A stretch of DNA of 63,625 nt, the filler included, from Asterionella formosa (taxonomy: Eukaryota), in the NCBI GenBank assembly GCA_002256025.1. It is 16 parts of 16 records of this genome, joined end to end, with 100 filler letters (N's around TTAATTAATTAA, not from the genome) between each part and the next. Parts side by side here need not be neighbours in the genome. Positions count along the whole stretch, not along the records: positions 38,420 to 54,730 come from NKIB01004978.1; positions 54,831 to 55,842 come from NKIB01004979.1; positions 55,943 to 56,954 come from NKIB01004980.1; positions 57,055 to 58,066 come from NKIB01004981.1; positions 58,167 to 59,178 come from NKIB01004982.1; positions 59,279 to 60,290 come from NKIB01004983.1; positions 60,391 to 61,402 come from NKIB01004984.1; 9 more parts are not named here. The stretch is one strand, 5' to 3'. The position numbers and the translations under genes were made by a program. Below the pieces are notes generated by a model. It made no database searches. It was not told the origin of the DNA and was given only the letters and a program-made list of their open reading frames with translations. The number at the start of each line of letters is the position of its first letter. The stretch's first letter is position 1. Positions 49,147 to 61,502 of the stretch are shown in pieces.

Positions 49147-50891
49147 AAATGAGCAACAATGGCGACTCATCAGATGACGACCGGCGCTCCTACACTTCCG
49201 TACATACCGGTTAAACATATACAGGAAGAAAACAAGAAAGACAACCGAAGGAGGAGGCGGAGGATCAAAGGAAGTCGCTAGTAGCACTACGTTTCCTGTA
49301 AATTCCTTATTCTTACGCAGCTAGTACTACGCCTATCTAAACTGCCCATCAAAAACTAATATGACTATTCATTTGTATATTGATATTCTAGAATAGAAAA
49401 ACCCTTCCGTTCTTTCCAATTAGCTACTAGTACTAGAGTGATAGCTTTCTAATCAATCATACTAGCATTGATATGTAATCTATATTATTTTTCCTTCATT
49501 TGGAATCATCTACTACATCAAAATCATCAGTGGTGGATGACAAGTGGGACAGTGGAGTACTGGAAGCATTTAATTTATTGAGATGCAATTGGATCACACC
49601 TAATCACTCCTTCATTTTGTTCCATTAAACGACATTGCCTTTATTGGCGTGAAACCCTTTGTTAAATGGCACAACTCTCTTGGATACTTTTTTTAAACCC
49701 ATAGCATCATAACTTCACATAATGCTGAGCAAACTTGAGCATAATGTTGATCTGCAGGTAAGGGAAGGAGATATCAATACTAGCAAGGGACATGCAGCAG
49801 TCTGCCAACGATGATACAACACGGTACACGAAGAACAATGCTGCCTTGACTAAACTCGCACAATCGCTATCGATTGTCGCTCTTGACAGCGCCAAAATAA
49901 TCCAACTTTGGTCAAAAGAACAGGAAAACCCGGATATACGACGTTTTTCTGCGGTCTTTTGCGACCTTCGCGTTCTTCTGCGGTCTTTTGGGAAAACGTG
50001 ATGCGAGGTCGATTTTCGATAAAACTCCGTTTTTGTACTTGACTTTTCGTACTTCGGAGTTTCCGTCAACTCCCAGGTCCAGTGTACAGAATAGGTATAG
50101 TACTGATTACTGATTATCGTCCGATACAATCGATTATTTACAGGTACTTACTGTCGGTATCTATTGCCCATTTCAAATTACTTTTCTTGGTCATTATCAC
50201 ACACGACAACCGGTAAATGCGAATGTAGGATGACTGTTGCAAGTTTCACCGAATGGCATCTGGGTTTGAACTGGCATCTATGGTATTTACAAACATACAG
50301 GGTTCCTGGTAAATAAATCAGAACATCATACTTTTTATTCCTGATCATAAATCAATGCATTCGCGCTCGCAATACCGGTAAAAAAATATACCATATTATA
50401 CGGTATAACCGAGAAAGAAAAAGAAATGAAGATTGGACACCCACTCTTCGGTGCAGCATTGGCATTGCTCTTGGTTCTCACTACTGCACAGGACGAATCC
50501 TACTGCACAGGACAAATCGGTAAGTCCGTTATTGCACTCTATGCTTGTTAATCATTAAAGTTTTACCTTGAAAGAGGAAATAACATTTCCTCGTCATTCC
50601 CTTCATCTTATTGTAGGGCCTCCCCGGAGTTGAAAAGCAAGTCGGAGTATGTCTCTACTGTAAGGAAGTATATATATATACATACAAAACCACTACCCCC
50701 TGCTGATTGCCTTGCCAATACTACATAGTATAGGTACCTGTGTAAAGTCATATCTATATACCGGTACATGGTCTAAGTCATTATCACGCCAGATGCAACA
50801 GCATACCGGCGGGGTACCTCTAAGGCTGGTTGCATCAAAATAATAATTTTAGTAGCCCACGTAGTGCTGGTACAAACTATTATCCTTATCC

Positions 50892-51290
50892 CTACCGTAG
50901 GAAGGAATATCGCACCAATTTGTTTGCTTCGATCAGCTCACCATGTTGCTCAATATCGCCACAGTTTCCTGTGTGCTGGGTGCCGGGATGTTCGGGCGGT
51001 AAAAAGGGTTCACCAGCATGTAAGAGATAAGGAGCAGCAGCCATGACAATACCAAGGAAACCATTGGCACCACCACCACTGGTACAGTGGACAGAGCGAG
51101 CGTTGGCAAAGAGTTCCTTGCGAAGGCGGGTTACAGTGAGGGCTGTAGGTTTGCCCTCGATTGGCGTCAAGAGCAGATGAGGGAATGGGAAAACAGCGGA
51201 ACAGAGTGGAGTCGCCATGGTGGAAGAAGGCCCGAGACAGGGAAAGCGAACAGGCAAGCGGTGTTTCACAGTTAATTGTTGAAAACAGTG
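50892..51290 (-). mobile_element. Truncated gag N-terminus of a diatom copia-like element
   Basis: LTPIEGKPT...LRKELFANARSVHCTSGGGANGFLGIVM....Y...GEPFLPPEHPG resembles a diatom copia gag start; a possible LTR end TTTCAACA lies just upstream (51284-51277). Confidence 0.6.
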
Positions 51291-53450
51291 CTATTTGCTT
51301 CACTGACAAGAGCGGCAACGTCACAGGTGTGGACAAGGGAGCGAGAATAGATATTGTAGTTTTGTATAGGGGAACCTTGTCGTGAATAAAGGTGAATGAC
51401 AATATTATGACTATTCTATTGCTGTTACGAGTACATCGTTGTCAGCACTCACACATGTATCTAATCTGGTGGCTGCGCCGGTATGGTTTGTACGGAGCAT
51501 GTATGGAGCATCATATGCAGATATTAACAATAAGCATCATCCCTCGTGCCTTTCCTCGTGGCATAATTTTATTGATGATGATACACGTGAATTCCGTTAT
51601 GACATAGCTAATATGTAAGAGAAAATACATACGGTAGTACCTGGACAACCTATATTTATACTTTATATTAGGTCGTGGTAAATAATGAACTCATACAGCA
51701 TTGTATATATTCTAATATCACTTATTGAAATTTTTACAGACTAAATTCAAAAACAAATGAAATCATACAACATTGAATAAAATCCTTTTTAAGTATCGGT
51801 AAAATTGATGATATTCAGATCTATGTGTACGACAGCACCTGTACACGGGTGTTTGAAATATTCAAACATAGAAGTAAATAAATACATATATGGTTGGCTC
51901 AATTATATTGGGACTCGTGTGTACATGAATATGTCAGAAAATTCAATTGTTGGATTGACAGTAACTCAATGCGTGCATTCTCTTCAAGTGTTTATTTGCT
52001 TACCTGTATATGCATACTTTCAGGGACAAATTAAATGTGTAGAAATGACGGTCGCAGTAAGTGCTGTCGTTGGATCAATGCTCACAAGAATCACCCGTTA
52101 GAACATAAGTAACACTTCCTTTTATATCTATCGGGGTAATTGTATACAAAGAGTTTAGGGAAGTTCTGAACATCAATGTCTTCACGATTTATTGAGGAAT
52201 ATGGAAAGAACTGAACATGGATTCGTATCATTGTTGCGGTAAATGACCATATCATCATGATTGGAACTGCCTGTTGTATTAAAAGCTAGACAAGACAAGC
52301 CTAACACACAATTCCTTCCCATTAGTTAATACAGTGAACAATCGAAATGGATCGTTGGACACATTGTGATGGGAAAACCTGTGTGACGGAATACATCTAT
52401 TCATGATAAGTGAAAATAGAATGGAACTGCATGTTGTTGCATAAATTTAATATGACTAACATGTATTTGCTTCGCAGTTGTTACAACATTAACATGAATA
52501 CTAATGATGACGGAAAGCTCTGATACGGAGAAGAAGGGAATGAGGAGAGGCAACCCGCCGCTATCAGCAACATCAGTTCATCCTTCGGGATGAAGTGGGC
52601 AGTTACAGTTAGCAGGGAAGAAGCAGACAAGAGAATGAACAGGAGTGAGATGGTGTGAGATAACTGTTTCTATAGATAGATTGAAACAATTCTAAATTTA
52701 GTAGTTAAATTACAATCCGTTTCCACATATTTTGGACAAATACTTCATAGAGATATGATGGTAATAATATGGCTATAAGATGAACAAATACACAATAGAG
52801 GATGTAACTAAGATAAATCGATGATGGTCTTGTAAGTACAATTAGTAATTCATGGTCATGAGAAGAGCGATTGAAATTCAAAGAGAAGTAGTGATTTTGA
52901 CTTGAGTTGTTGTTACTCATTAAATGTATTTGTATGATTACTTTGTGGTTACCACTATGAGTCAATATGGATCAATATTAGAACAATATGATCAAATATT
53001 AAAAATTATAAACAGGCTTATCAAATATTCATATATAAAGTATGTACTTGTAACACAAATAACAAAACGCGTATCATGCACAGAAAAATTCTGTGCCAGT
53101 TATCGTATGATACCCCTGATCTTATATGTACAATACTTTTTATTTGCAGACGATGTTTGGATAGAAAAATATGCACTGTAAGCCACTGCTATGCAACAAT
53201 CTTGATGACTTTGAAAAAATTAGATCTTCATGGCTTAATACACTGAATCAAAACTGATTACTTATTCGTAGAATAGAGTGCATTGTGTAACATACACTTC
53301 TTGCTGGCATCAGGCAGGTTTCGATTGCAATATTGCTTGAATATTTTTAGTCGGAAGATGGAATAAAAAAACAGTAGCTTACAGTTTTTAAGTGGTACCT
53401 TCTTCCTAATCAATACACCTCCCATACCAGTAGGGAGTACCTGATACTAC

Positions 53451-53762
53451 GTGTGTATTACTCCCTCTGTTCCGGTAATGTCTGTGGTGCGAGAGAGCAT
53501 GTCAACAGACAAAGTGTTAACAACAAAAAGGATAAGACATTTTTCAAGGCGAGCAAGACAATACATATGTTCATACTTCAAGATTTGGAAAGATCTGGAT
53601 GAACAACAACATGACAGGATGGACGCCAAAGTTGACACAACAACACATGAAGCAGACCCCATCAATGTTGAGAAGCTTGTCAAACAATTCAAAACACACC
53701 GCTGTGCTCTCGATTTCGACACAACTTTCTGCAAGGCAACCTATGTCAACAATCTAACATAG
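53451..53762 (+). pseudogene. C-terminal remnant of a probable DDE transposase (IS630/Tc1/mariner-like)
   Basis: VLTTKRIRHFSRRARQYICSY...VEKLVKQFKTHRCALDFD resembles a repeated diatom transposase tail. Family assignment is from memory and the catalytic core is not visible. Confidence 0.4.
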
Positions 53763-55744
53763 CAAACAACAGAGCAACGAAGCAAACAAGAAGCAAGCAG
53801 CAAAAGCAACAAACATGAAAGACGACAACAGATCGATTTTACATACCTTTTGATGGGAAATGAGCGGAGGGCAATATATAAACCGGTTTATCAAAGAATT
53901 TGCATCAATTTTTGTATGCGTAACAATTTTTTTCTCTTAATTATTAAATGCAAAAGAAAATCTATACTAAGGCCTACGTATCCTACTATATTGATCTTCA
54001 GGTTGCAACCAGCCATAGTATACTATTTTTGCAATATCAAACATATGACTTGTTATCGTATCTATATATACTATTGTACCGGTATGTATCTTAGGGTCGT
54101 TCTTATCATTTTCGATTTGGTATCATTTTTTTTGAAAAAGTATCATGTAACGGCTACTCGATTTAAACCAAAAAATCCATTCTCCACAAAAATAAAAATG
54201 AAATTGTATCACCCAAAAAGTATCACGAAAATTCAACGGTTACGGGCTGGCTACAATCATGTGCATATCCCTCCAGGCTTCCCTCCAGACTATTTCGATA
54301 ATTTTCCATTACTAAAACCATGTAGGATAACTACGCGTATTATGTAGCAGTATGGAATATATAGCTGACATACCTGCTTAATTCTTGATTTGCCATGAGT
54401 CAACACAGACATGCAAGATCCTCTATACACTTCTTCTTACACTTCCGCTTGCCATCATCCCCTTTCAAGTTTACAAGCAATCAGCACCATGTCATCATTG
54501 TCAGTGCACAATGACGAACAAGTGGATCAACATTGGACTGAAGAAGGTGCTGTGAATATCAACGATGGCAATGATGATGATGGTAATGATGTCATCAGTA
54601 ATCAATTTTTTGATAATGAAAACAACCATCAATTCTTTGATTACGATGACCATGATCAATTCTTTATCCTTTGTCATCTGGCTCTGGAGGCTGAAACGAA
54701 AGTTAAAAAGAGGAAGGCGAAATGGGAGCANNNNNNNNNNNNNNNNNNNNNNNNNNNNNNNNNNNNNNNNNNNNTTAATTAATTAANNNNNNNNNNNNNN
54801 NNNNNNNNNNNNNNNNNNNNNNNNNNNNNNGGGATATTCAAGTCCATACAGCACCAAGACACAACTAAAGTGAAATTGTTTCTTTTACTTAGTTTGTACT
54901 CAATTGTATCATATTTGAATTGTTTCATTTGGACAGAAGTCAAGGTGTTTCTACAGATAGAGTACTGATTATCTCTATAATATAGAGAAGACTAGTTGCC
55001 ACTTTGCAGGATTGGTTGTGGACAATTATTGTTTCATGTATTCATGAAATATGTCATGGTCTGGACGAATCATTTCAAAAAGCAAAAGAAGGAGTTTGAG
55101 TGAAAGCTAAACTATCAACCCATTAACTATAAGTCTCTAGATAACTTGTGAACAGTAAATATCTACATGTCTTCCGATAGCATTATTGCAAGGCATACTC
55201 TAGCTTCATCCATACACCGGAACCGGTATGTTGACTCCCAGCAACGATAGACAACATATCGGTAGACTACCTGGTACCAGGTACCGTACGTTATGCTACA
55301 GTTGGTGGTAAAAGATTAGCCATGAGAATTATGTATGACGATGGTGGTGGGAGGAGAGGAAATGATCCGTCAGTCCTTCCATCCCACGCACATCAGTTGT
55401 TCGACACGACCATCCTTGCACAATTTTGTTCCAATACATTTCCTCCACGCTGCCAACCTAGCTAATGGCACATCACCTGGGTGATGTGGTAGAAGTAAAC
55501 TACCAGTATTGCATTACAAAAAGTCCACTCGTTCCTTCCCCCCCTTCTATTTCTTTCTATATAAAACAACTCTCTCTCTATCATTCGTATGTATTCATAC
55601 ATGTTTGTTTTTTAATGTACCGGTAGTGCGCTCCATCTATTTATCGATCCTGCTGTCATTATTTTACAACTCTTGTTACGACCACTAATAATAATAATAA
55701 ACAACATAACTGCAACCATCCACCCATCCATTCATTCATCCTCC

Positions 55745-55793
55745 ATGGCGTCTCGTGGTGCACCTCCCGGTATGGGACAAGTCATGGTCTTGA
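55745..55793 (+). CDS. First exon of a gene, possibly chaperonin CCT gamma (truncated by contig end)
   Basis: MASRGAPPGMGQVMVL followed by a GTACGT donor; TATA-like CTATATAAAA at about 55557. QVMVL resembles the CCT3 N-terminus. Confidence 0.4.
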
Positions 55794-55942
55794 GTACGTA
55801 TTTTTTAATCTGTAAACCAACGGAGCCATCGTTGTGGAAGCGNNNNNNNNNNNNNNNNNNNNNNNNNNNNNNNNNNNNNNNNNNNNTTAATTAATTAANN
55901 NNNNNNNNNNNNNNNNNNNNNNNNNNNNNNNNNNNNNNNNNN

Positions 55943-56405
55943 TAGTTGATGTTTCAAATAATTCATTTGACTTTTCGAAATTTCGTTTACGTACGAGTGT
56001 TAATTATGTGGTACTTCACATGCATTAATGCCACTCTTCACGTAAAAAGGTTACTTTTAACGGTTTCATTTGAAGTTTTAACGGTTTCATGTGAAGTTTT
56101 AACTGTTTCATGTGAAGTTTTCACAATGAATTTTGAACGCGAGACTGAATTAGTTGATGTTTCAAATAATTCATTTGAAAGTTCAACTAAGATCCTGCTC
56201 TTGAGGCTAATACATTCGCAACACGCATTTTACTTAATGAAATAGTAAGGATATTTGTGGTGTCTAATGTCATCCATCTGAGATCAAAGTTTTACGGTTG
56301 TACACATCACATGAAGAACTCACACTTACAGGTAAAAAAGCTCCCTATTCCCAGTTTTCATGTTATGTACCGGTAGGTTATTACCGGTACTAGGTAAATG
56401 TACTA
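55943..56405 (+). repeat. Repeat family with a 208-bp unit containing three 21-bp subrepeats plus a shared flank of about 230 bp
   Basis: TTTAACGGTTTCATGTGAAGT subrepeats; unit restarts at 55943 and 56151; whole block matches 58525-59178 in reverse complement. Confidence 0.85.
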
Positions 56406-56414
56406 GGAAGAGTA

Positions 56415-56944
56415 TGCCTCACACCTGTACATTGTTGCACACTGCTGTAAATCACTCAAATGTTACTCAGGAGCCACATTTTGACTATCAGCAGGCAGAA
56501 CTGGTAGTCAATGACTTCGAAAAGTGCCTTCCTTGGGGATTGGATATGTCCCTAGGTGCTGGTGGTTTCTCTATAAATGTCTGGGATGGCGAGTCATTTG
56601 AGTCTAACCTCATTTTTGATCGAAAAGGTACAGGTGAAGCGGAATTCAAGCAACATGCCATGGAACATGTAAACCAACATGCGATGCTTCTTCGCATTCC
56701 CTTCAAGTACATCTTCTTAATGCGAGGTGATACAGTTCATGCAGGTGCGATGGATAATCACCTAAGCAATGGTGCATTGAGACTTCACATGTATTTGTCG
56801 CCTGGTTCCACTCCAGAGCAAAACTCAGTTGCTATTTGCAAAAGATTCGGAAATGCCATTAACACAAAAGCAAATGGTACAGAGCGTATCCCTCCATCAC
56901 TAGTTTCGTTTTTGCTTGATTCCTATGGGGAAAGATGGAAGTAA
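56415..56944 (+). CDS. Fragment of a 2OG/Fe(II) dioxygenase-like (double-stranded beta-helix) protein
   Basis: QEPHFD (HxD) ... MRGDTVHAG (distal His) ... RLHMY (2OG-binding Arg). The true start is unclear because the ORF abuts a repeat. Confidence 0.5.
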
Positions 56945-58524
56945 GAATTTTTTTNNNNNNNNNNNNNNNNNNNNNNNNNNNNNNNNNNNNNNNNNNNNTT
57001 AATTAATTAANNNNNNNNNNNNNNNNNNNNNNNNNNNNNNNNNNNNNNNNNNNNAAATGCTGCAGCAGTTACACTGCCATCATTAACTTCTTTCCTTGAA
57101 TGATTAGATGCACTACCGCAATACATAGTTTCACTATGTATTCCAGGAACTCGATGTTCCTGCATGCAATGTCGACAGTGACCATATGCATTAAAAACAC
57201 GGTTGCTACAATTTCGATTGTGAGACTCAGATGGGGATTTGTTCTTCCTAAATTTGTAGTTGCACAGATAACACCATTGCAATGTGCGCAAAGACATTGC
57301 AAATTGCAAATGATGACCAAGTCAGGATATGAAAAGGATAGAATGAAAATGAATTAATATATAATAATAAATTGAGCGACACTTCGAACATGCTGTGCTG
57401 GAAAATACAGAGTCTTGAAATTATCACTCCACCATAGTAGTAAAAATGGAGGCATACCGCTACATGTAGTACAGGCGGCACTAATAGTAATAGTAGTATA
57501 GAGCAGAATCAATGTTTTCCTATCATCTATGATATGGCTTGCATTGTAGAAGTCTCACACTAACTATAATTATTATGTAACTACTAAGTATGCATTGGAT
57601 TCTATTAGATCCATTCAAAATCAACATCGTCATCAATGTCCCATTGATTAATGCGGTCATTATAATCAATATTCCTTTCAGAAACATTTGGTTGAAGTGA
57701 TTCAACATATTGATGTATATCCTCTTCAATTACGTTGGGAAATGAGAAGTATGAGTGTGGGTAGATGATATTTGCGGTGGGAGTAGCAATTCCACTAGGA
57801 TTCCTTCCATATTCAGATCGATTCTTTTGTTAAAGTCCAGTGTAGATTTCATTATAACAAACGAGTAAATCATCAGTCCATTGATCAGTAAGACCATTTG
57901 AAACTGAACTTTCTTCCCTCACACTTTTTTTAATAAGTGGTTTCCCACCAATGTCGACAAAATCGGTAGAATGACGAATTTCGTTCTCTGAAATTTCATG
58001 GGTATCTGGATTGAAACCCAAATATTTTTGTTGTAATCGGAATTTTCCTTTCAGCACCAAGAAGCANNNNNNNNNNNNNNNNNNNNNNNNNNNNNNNNNN
58101 NNNNNNNNNNTTAATTAATTAANNNNNNNNNNNNNNNNNNNNNNNNNNNNNNNNNNNNNNNNNNNNAGTCGCTACCATTGATGATGTCTGCGATGCTTGA
58201 ATCTGAGATTGAATCATATATTGTTGCCCACACGAGGGGCTGTGTCTGTGATGACCACGAATTGATTTAAAATGACCTTTATCACAGAATTGACATTTGT
58301 CATTGTCGTTATTGTCACACAGATCCATGATATTTACTGTCGTTGCAGTGCTGTGTTGGCGAGAGAAAAATAAGAATAACTGGTAGCTAAAATAATGGAA
58401 CTTGTTCGGCACATATTTGGCAAACAATACTACCTGGTACCATCCTCATCAGTAGACATAATTCCACCAGTGTTGATTTTGAGTAATAATAATCACGTAA
58501 AAAAATTGGGTTGCCTACCACTGG

Positions 58525-59178
58525 CTAGTAGTACATTTACATAGTACCGGTAATAACCTACATAACATGAAAACTGGGAAGAGGGAGCTTTTTTACCGGT
58601 AAGTGTGAGTTCTTCATGTGATGTGTACAACCGTAAAACTTTGATCTCAGATGGATGACATTAGACACCACAAATATCCTTACTATTTCATTAGGTAACA
58701 TGCGTGTAGTGAATGTATTAGCCTCAAGAGCAGGATCTTAGTTGAACTTTCAAATGAATTATTTTGAAACATCAACTAATTCAGTCTCGCGTTCAAAATT
58801 CATTTTGAAAACTCCACATGAAACAGTTAAAACTTCACATGGAACCGTTAAAACTTCACATGAAACCGTTAAAAGAAATCTTTTTACGTGAAGAGTGGCA
58901 TTAATGCATGTGAAGTACCACATAATTAACGCTCGTACGATGACGAAATTTCGAAAAGTCAAATGAATTATTTGAAACATCAACTAATTCAGTCTCGCGT
59001 TCAAAATTCATTGTGAAAACTTCACATGAAACAGTTAAAACTTCACATGAAACCGTTAAAACTTCACATGAAACCGTTAAAAGTAATCTTTTTTACGTGA
59101 AGAGTGGCATTAATGCATGTGAAGTACCACATAATTAACACTCATACGTAGACGAAATTTCGAAAAGTGGCGTATTTC
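58525..59178 (-). repeat. Second copy of the 208-bp/21-bp repeat family (about two units)
   Basis: GAAACATCAACT recurs at 58766 and 58974; reverse complement of 55943-56405. Confidence 0.85.
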
Positions 59179-59278
59179 NNNNNNNNNNNNNNNNNNNNNN
59201 NNNNNNNNNNNNNNNNNNNNNNTTAATTAATTAANNNNNNNNNNNNNNNNNNNNNNNNNNNNNNNNNNNNNNNNNNNN

Positions 59279-60290
59279 GGTCCAGATAACCTTGTAAAAA
59301 TCTGCTCTTTGACATTCTTCGTCAAAATGTCTGCTGGATTGTTTTCTGATCTTAGAAAAACAATATGCAACTCACCCTCATCTATCATGTTCTTGACATG
59401 ATGAAACTTAATATCAATGTGTTTTTGTAATGGACCTTGTTCCGTGATATTAAAATCCTCCTTGATCATATTTTTCATGTAGTCCACTGCATTCCTGGTA
59501 CCACAAATAATTCCATCATCCACGTAGTTTGCCAACAGCCCTTCAATTTGTCCATCGTTGTTACGGTAGATAAACAACATTGGGTCTATTTCGCTTTTCG
59601 TTATACCTTTCTTGCTGGTGACGCACTTCGCGAATGTCTTGGACCAGCATCTTGGAGCTTGTACAATTCCATACATAGCCTTAATTAATTTGCAGATATG
59701 TATATTCTGATCGATCCCTGTCAATCCTTCTGGGGGCTCAATATATATGTCTTCGTCGACATCAGCATTTAAAAACGCTGCTTCAACGTCAATTGCTTCC
59801 GCTATCCAACCATAGTACAAAGTAACAGCCAGAACAGTTTTTATTGTAGCATCACTTGCAACAGGAGCGAATGTTTCAGTAAAATCAACTCCCGGGATCT
59901 GTTCATATCCCTTTACAATCAACCGTGCCTTGTATACTGTCTTTCCAGTTATCACGTCCTCCTTAATACGGAAGACCCATCTTGTCTTAAGAGTTTTCTT
60001 GTTCACGTCATTTCTCTTAACTATTTTCCATACTCCTCTTGCTTGGAAGTTTTCAAATTCTTTCTTTATAGCTTTCATCCACTCTTTGCGATCAGGTCTT
60101 ACCATTGCCTCATCATAACTATTTGGTAAACCTGGGTCCGATGCAAGACTTGCATTGAATACGAAATTTACTTCAGTTTCCTTATTCGAAGAAGCTTCCT
60201 CCTCAATCACATTTGGTAGTGAAGTGTCTGGAGGGAATTTAACATTTTTAGTTGGATTGTACGATGAGTCCAACTTCTTCATTTCTCGTT
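59279..60290 (-). mobile_element. Ty1/copia RT fragment with a large in-frame internal deletion
   Basis: RWVFRIK, YKARLIVKGYEQIPGVDF, DVEAAFL, KAMYG..QAPR, YVDD, then directly KHIDIKFHHVK...NPADILTK (RNase H tail). Confidence 0.9.
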
Positions 60291-60390
60291 NNNNNNNNNN
60301 NNNNNNNNNNNNNNNNNNNNNNNNNNNNNNNNNNTTAATTAATTAANNNNNNNNNNNNNNNNNNNNNNNNNNNNNNNNNNNNNNNNNNNN

Positions 60391-61175
60391 TCCTGATGAC
60401 CAATTTGATCAATATATGTTCATTCTGAGAATATCGATATTCGCCATGACGGTATTGCTCTCGTGGACATCGAATACTATGCTGGATAGAAATCGGCCTT
60501 AAATTGGTGGAGAAAGGTGGTTTGTATTTTTTGTTGCCACAGCACTGATGATCAGTCCACAAGCATCCGATTATTTACACATCCGGAGGCCTCCTTTGAT
60601 CAATATACGTTCGGTCTGAGCATATGAACATTCGACATGACTGCATTGATTTTGTGTACATCAAATACTATGCTAGATACAAATCTGCCTTAAATTGGTT
60701 GAGAAGGGTTGTTTGGAATTTTTGTTGCTACTGCACTAATGATCAAGCCACAAGTACCGAAAATTTACACACCATCCTGATGAGCAATTTGATCAATGTA
60801 TGTTCGTTCTGAGCGAGCATATCGACATTCGAAATATCGGCATTGAAATCTCGTATAAATCGAATACTATGCTAGATAGAAATTGACAATGAATTGGTAG
60901 AGAAAAATGAATTGGAAGTTTGGTTGTTAAAGCAGTGGTCCTAAAATTTACACGTCCTGATGCCTCCTTTGGACAATATACGTTCGTTCTGAGCATATCG
61001 ACATTCGACAAGAAGCCTTTGATTTCGGGTACATCAAATAATATATTAGATAGAAATCGGCATCAAATTGGTTGAGAAAGAAATGAATTGGAATTTAGGT
61101 TGCTACAGCACTGGTCATCAGTCCACAGCAAGCACCGAAAATTTTACGCATCCTGATGACGAATTTGATCAATAC
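60391..61175. repeat. Diverged tandem repeat with a unit of about 190 bp (4 units plus start of a fifth)
   Basis: TCC(T/G)GA(T/G)...TTTG(AT/GA)CAAT starts at 60391, 60582, 60775, 60955 and 61151. Confidence 0.8.
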
Positions 61176-61502
61176 TGACTAAGCATAGACTGCGCCAGCT
61201 TTTTCTGAAGTAAAATGTACAAAAATTTAGTACAAAATGAATGTTGGCGAGGAGGACCGTCCGCGCCAGCTTTCTTAACGAAAAGCAGCTGCTGGAATGA
61301 AAGGAACAAAATATCACATTCATGGTAAAATGAAATTATTGTTATTGTTATTGTTATTGTTGTCGTTTTTGTCGTCTTTTCTGCTATCATGGTTGTGTTC
61401 TCNNNNNNNNNNNNNNNNNNNNNNNNNNNNNNNNNNNNNNNNNNNNTTAATTAATTAANNNNNNNNNNNNNNNNNNNNNNNNNNNNNNNNNNNNNNNNNN
61501 NN

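Noticed and set aside
50427..50665. Signal-peptide-like mini exon (MKIGHPLFGAALALLLVLTTAQD) with GT-AG sites
   Set aside because: It contains a 19-bp tandem duplication and no convincing continuation; at best a gene remnant.
54411..54730. Acidic ORF running into the contig end, possibly a Harbinger-type transposase N-terminus
   Set aside because: No catalytic motif is visible before the contig ends.
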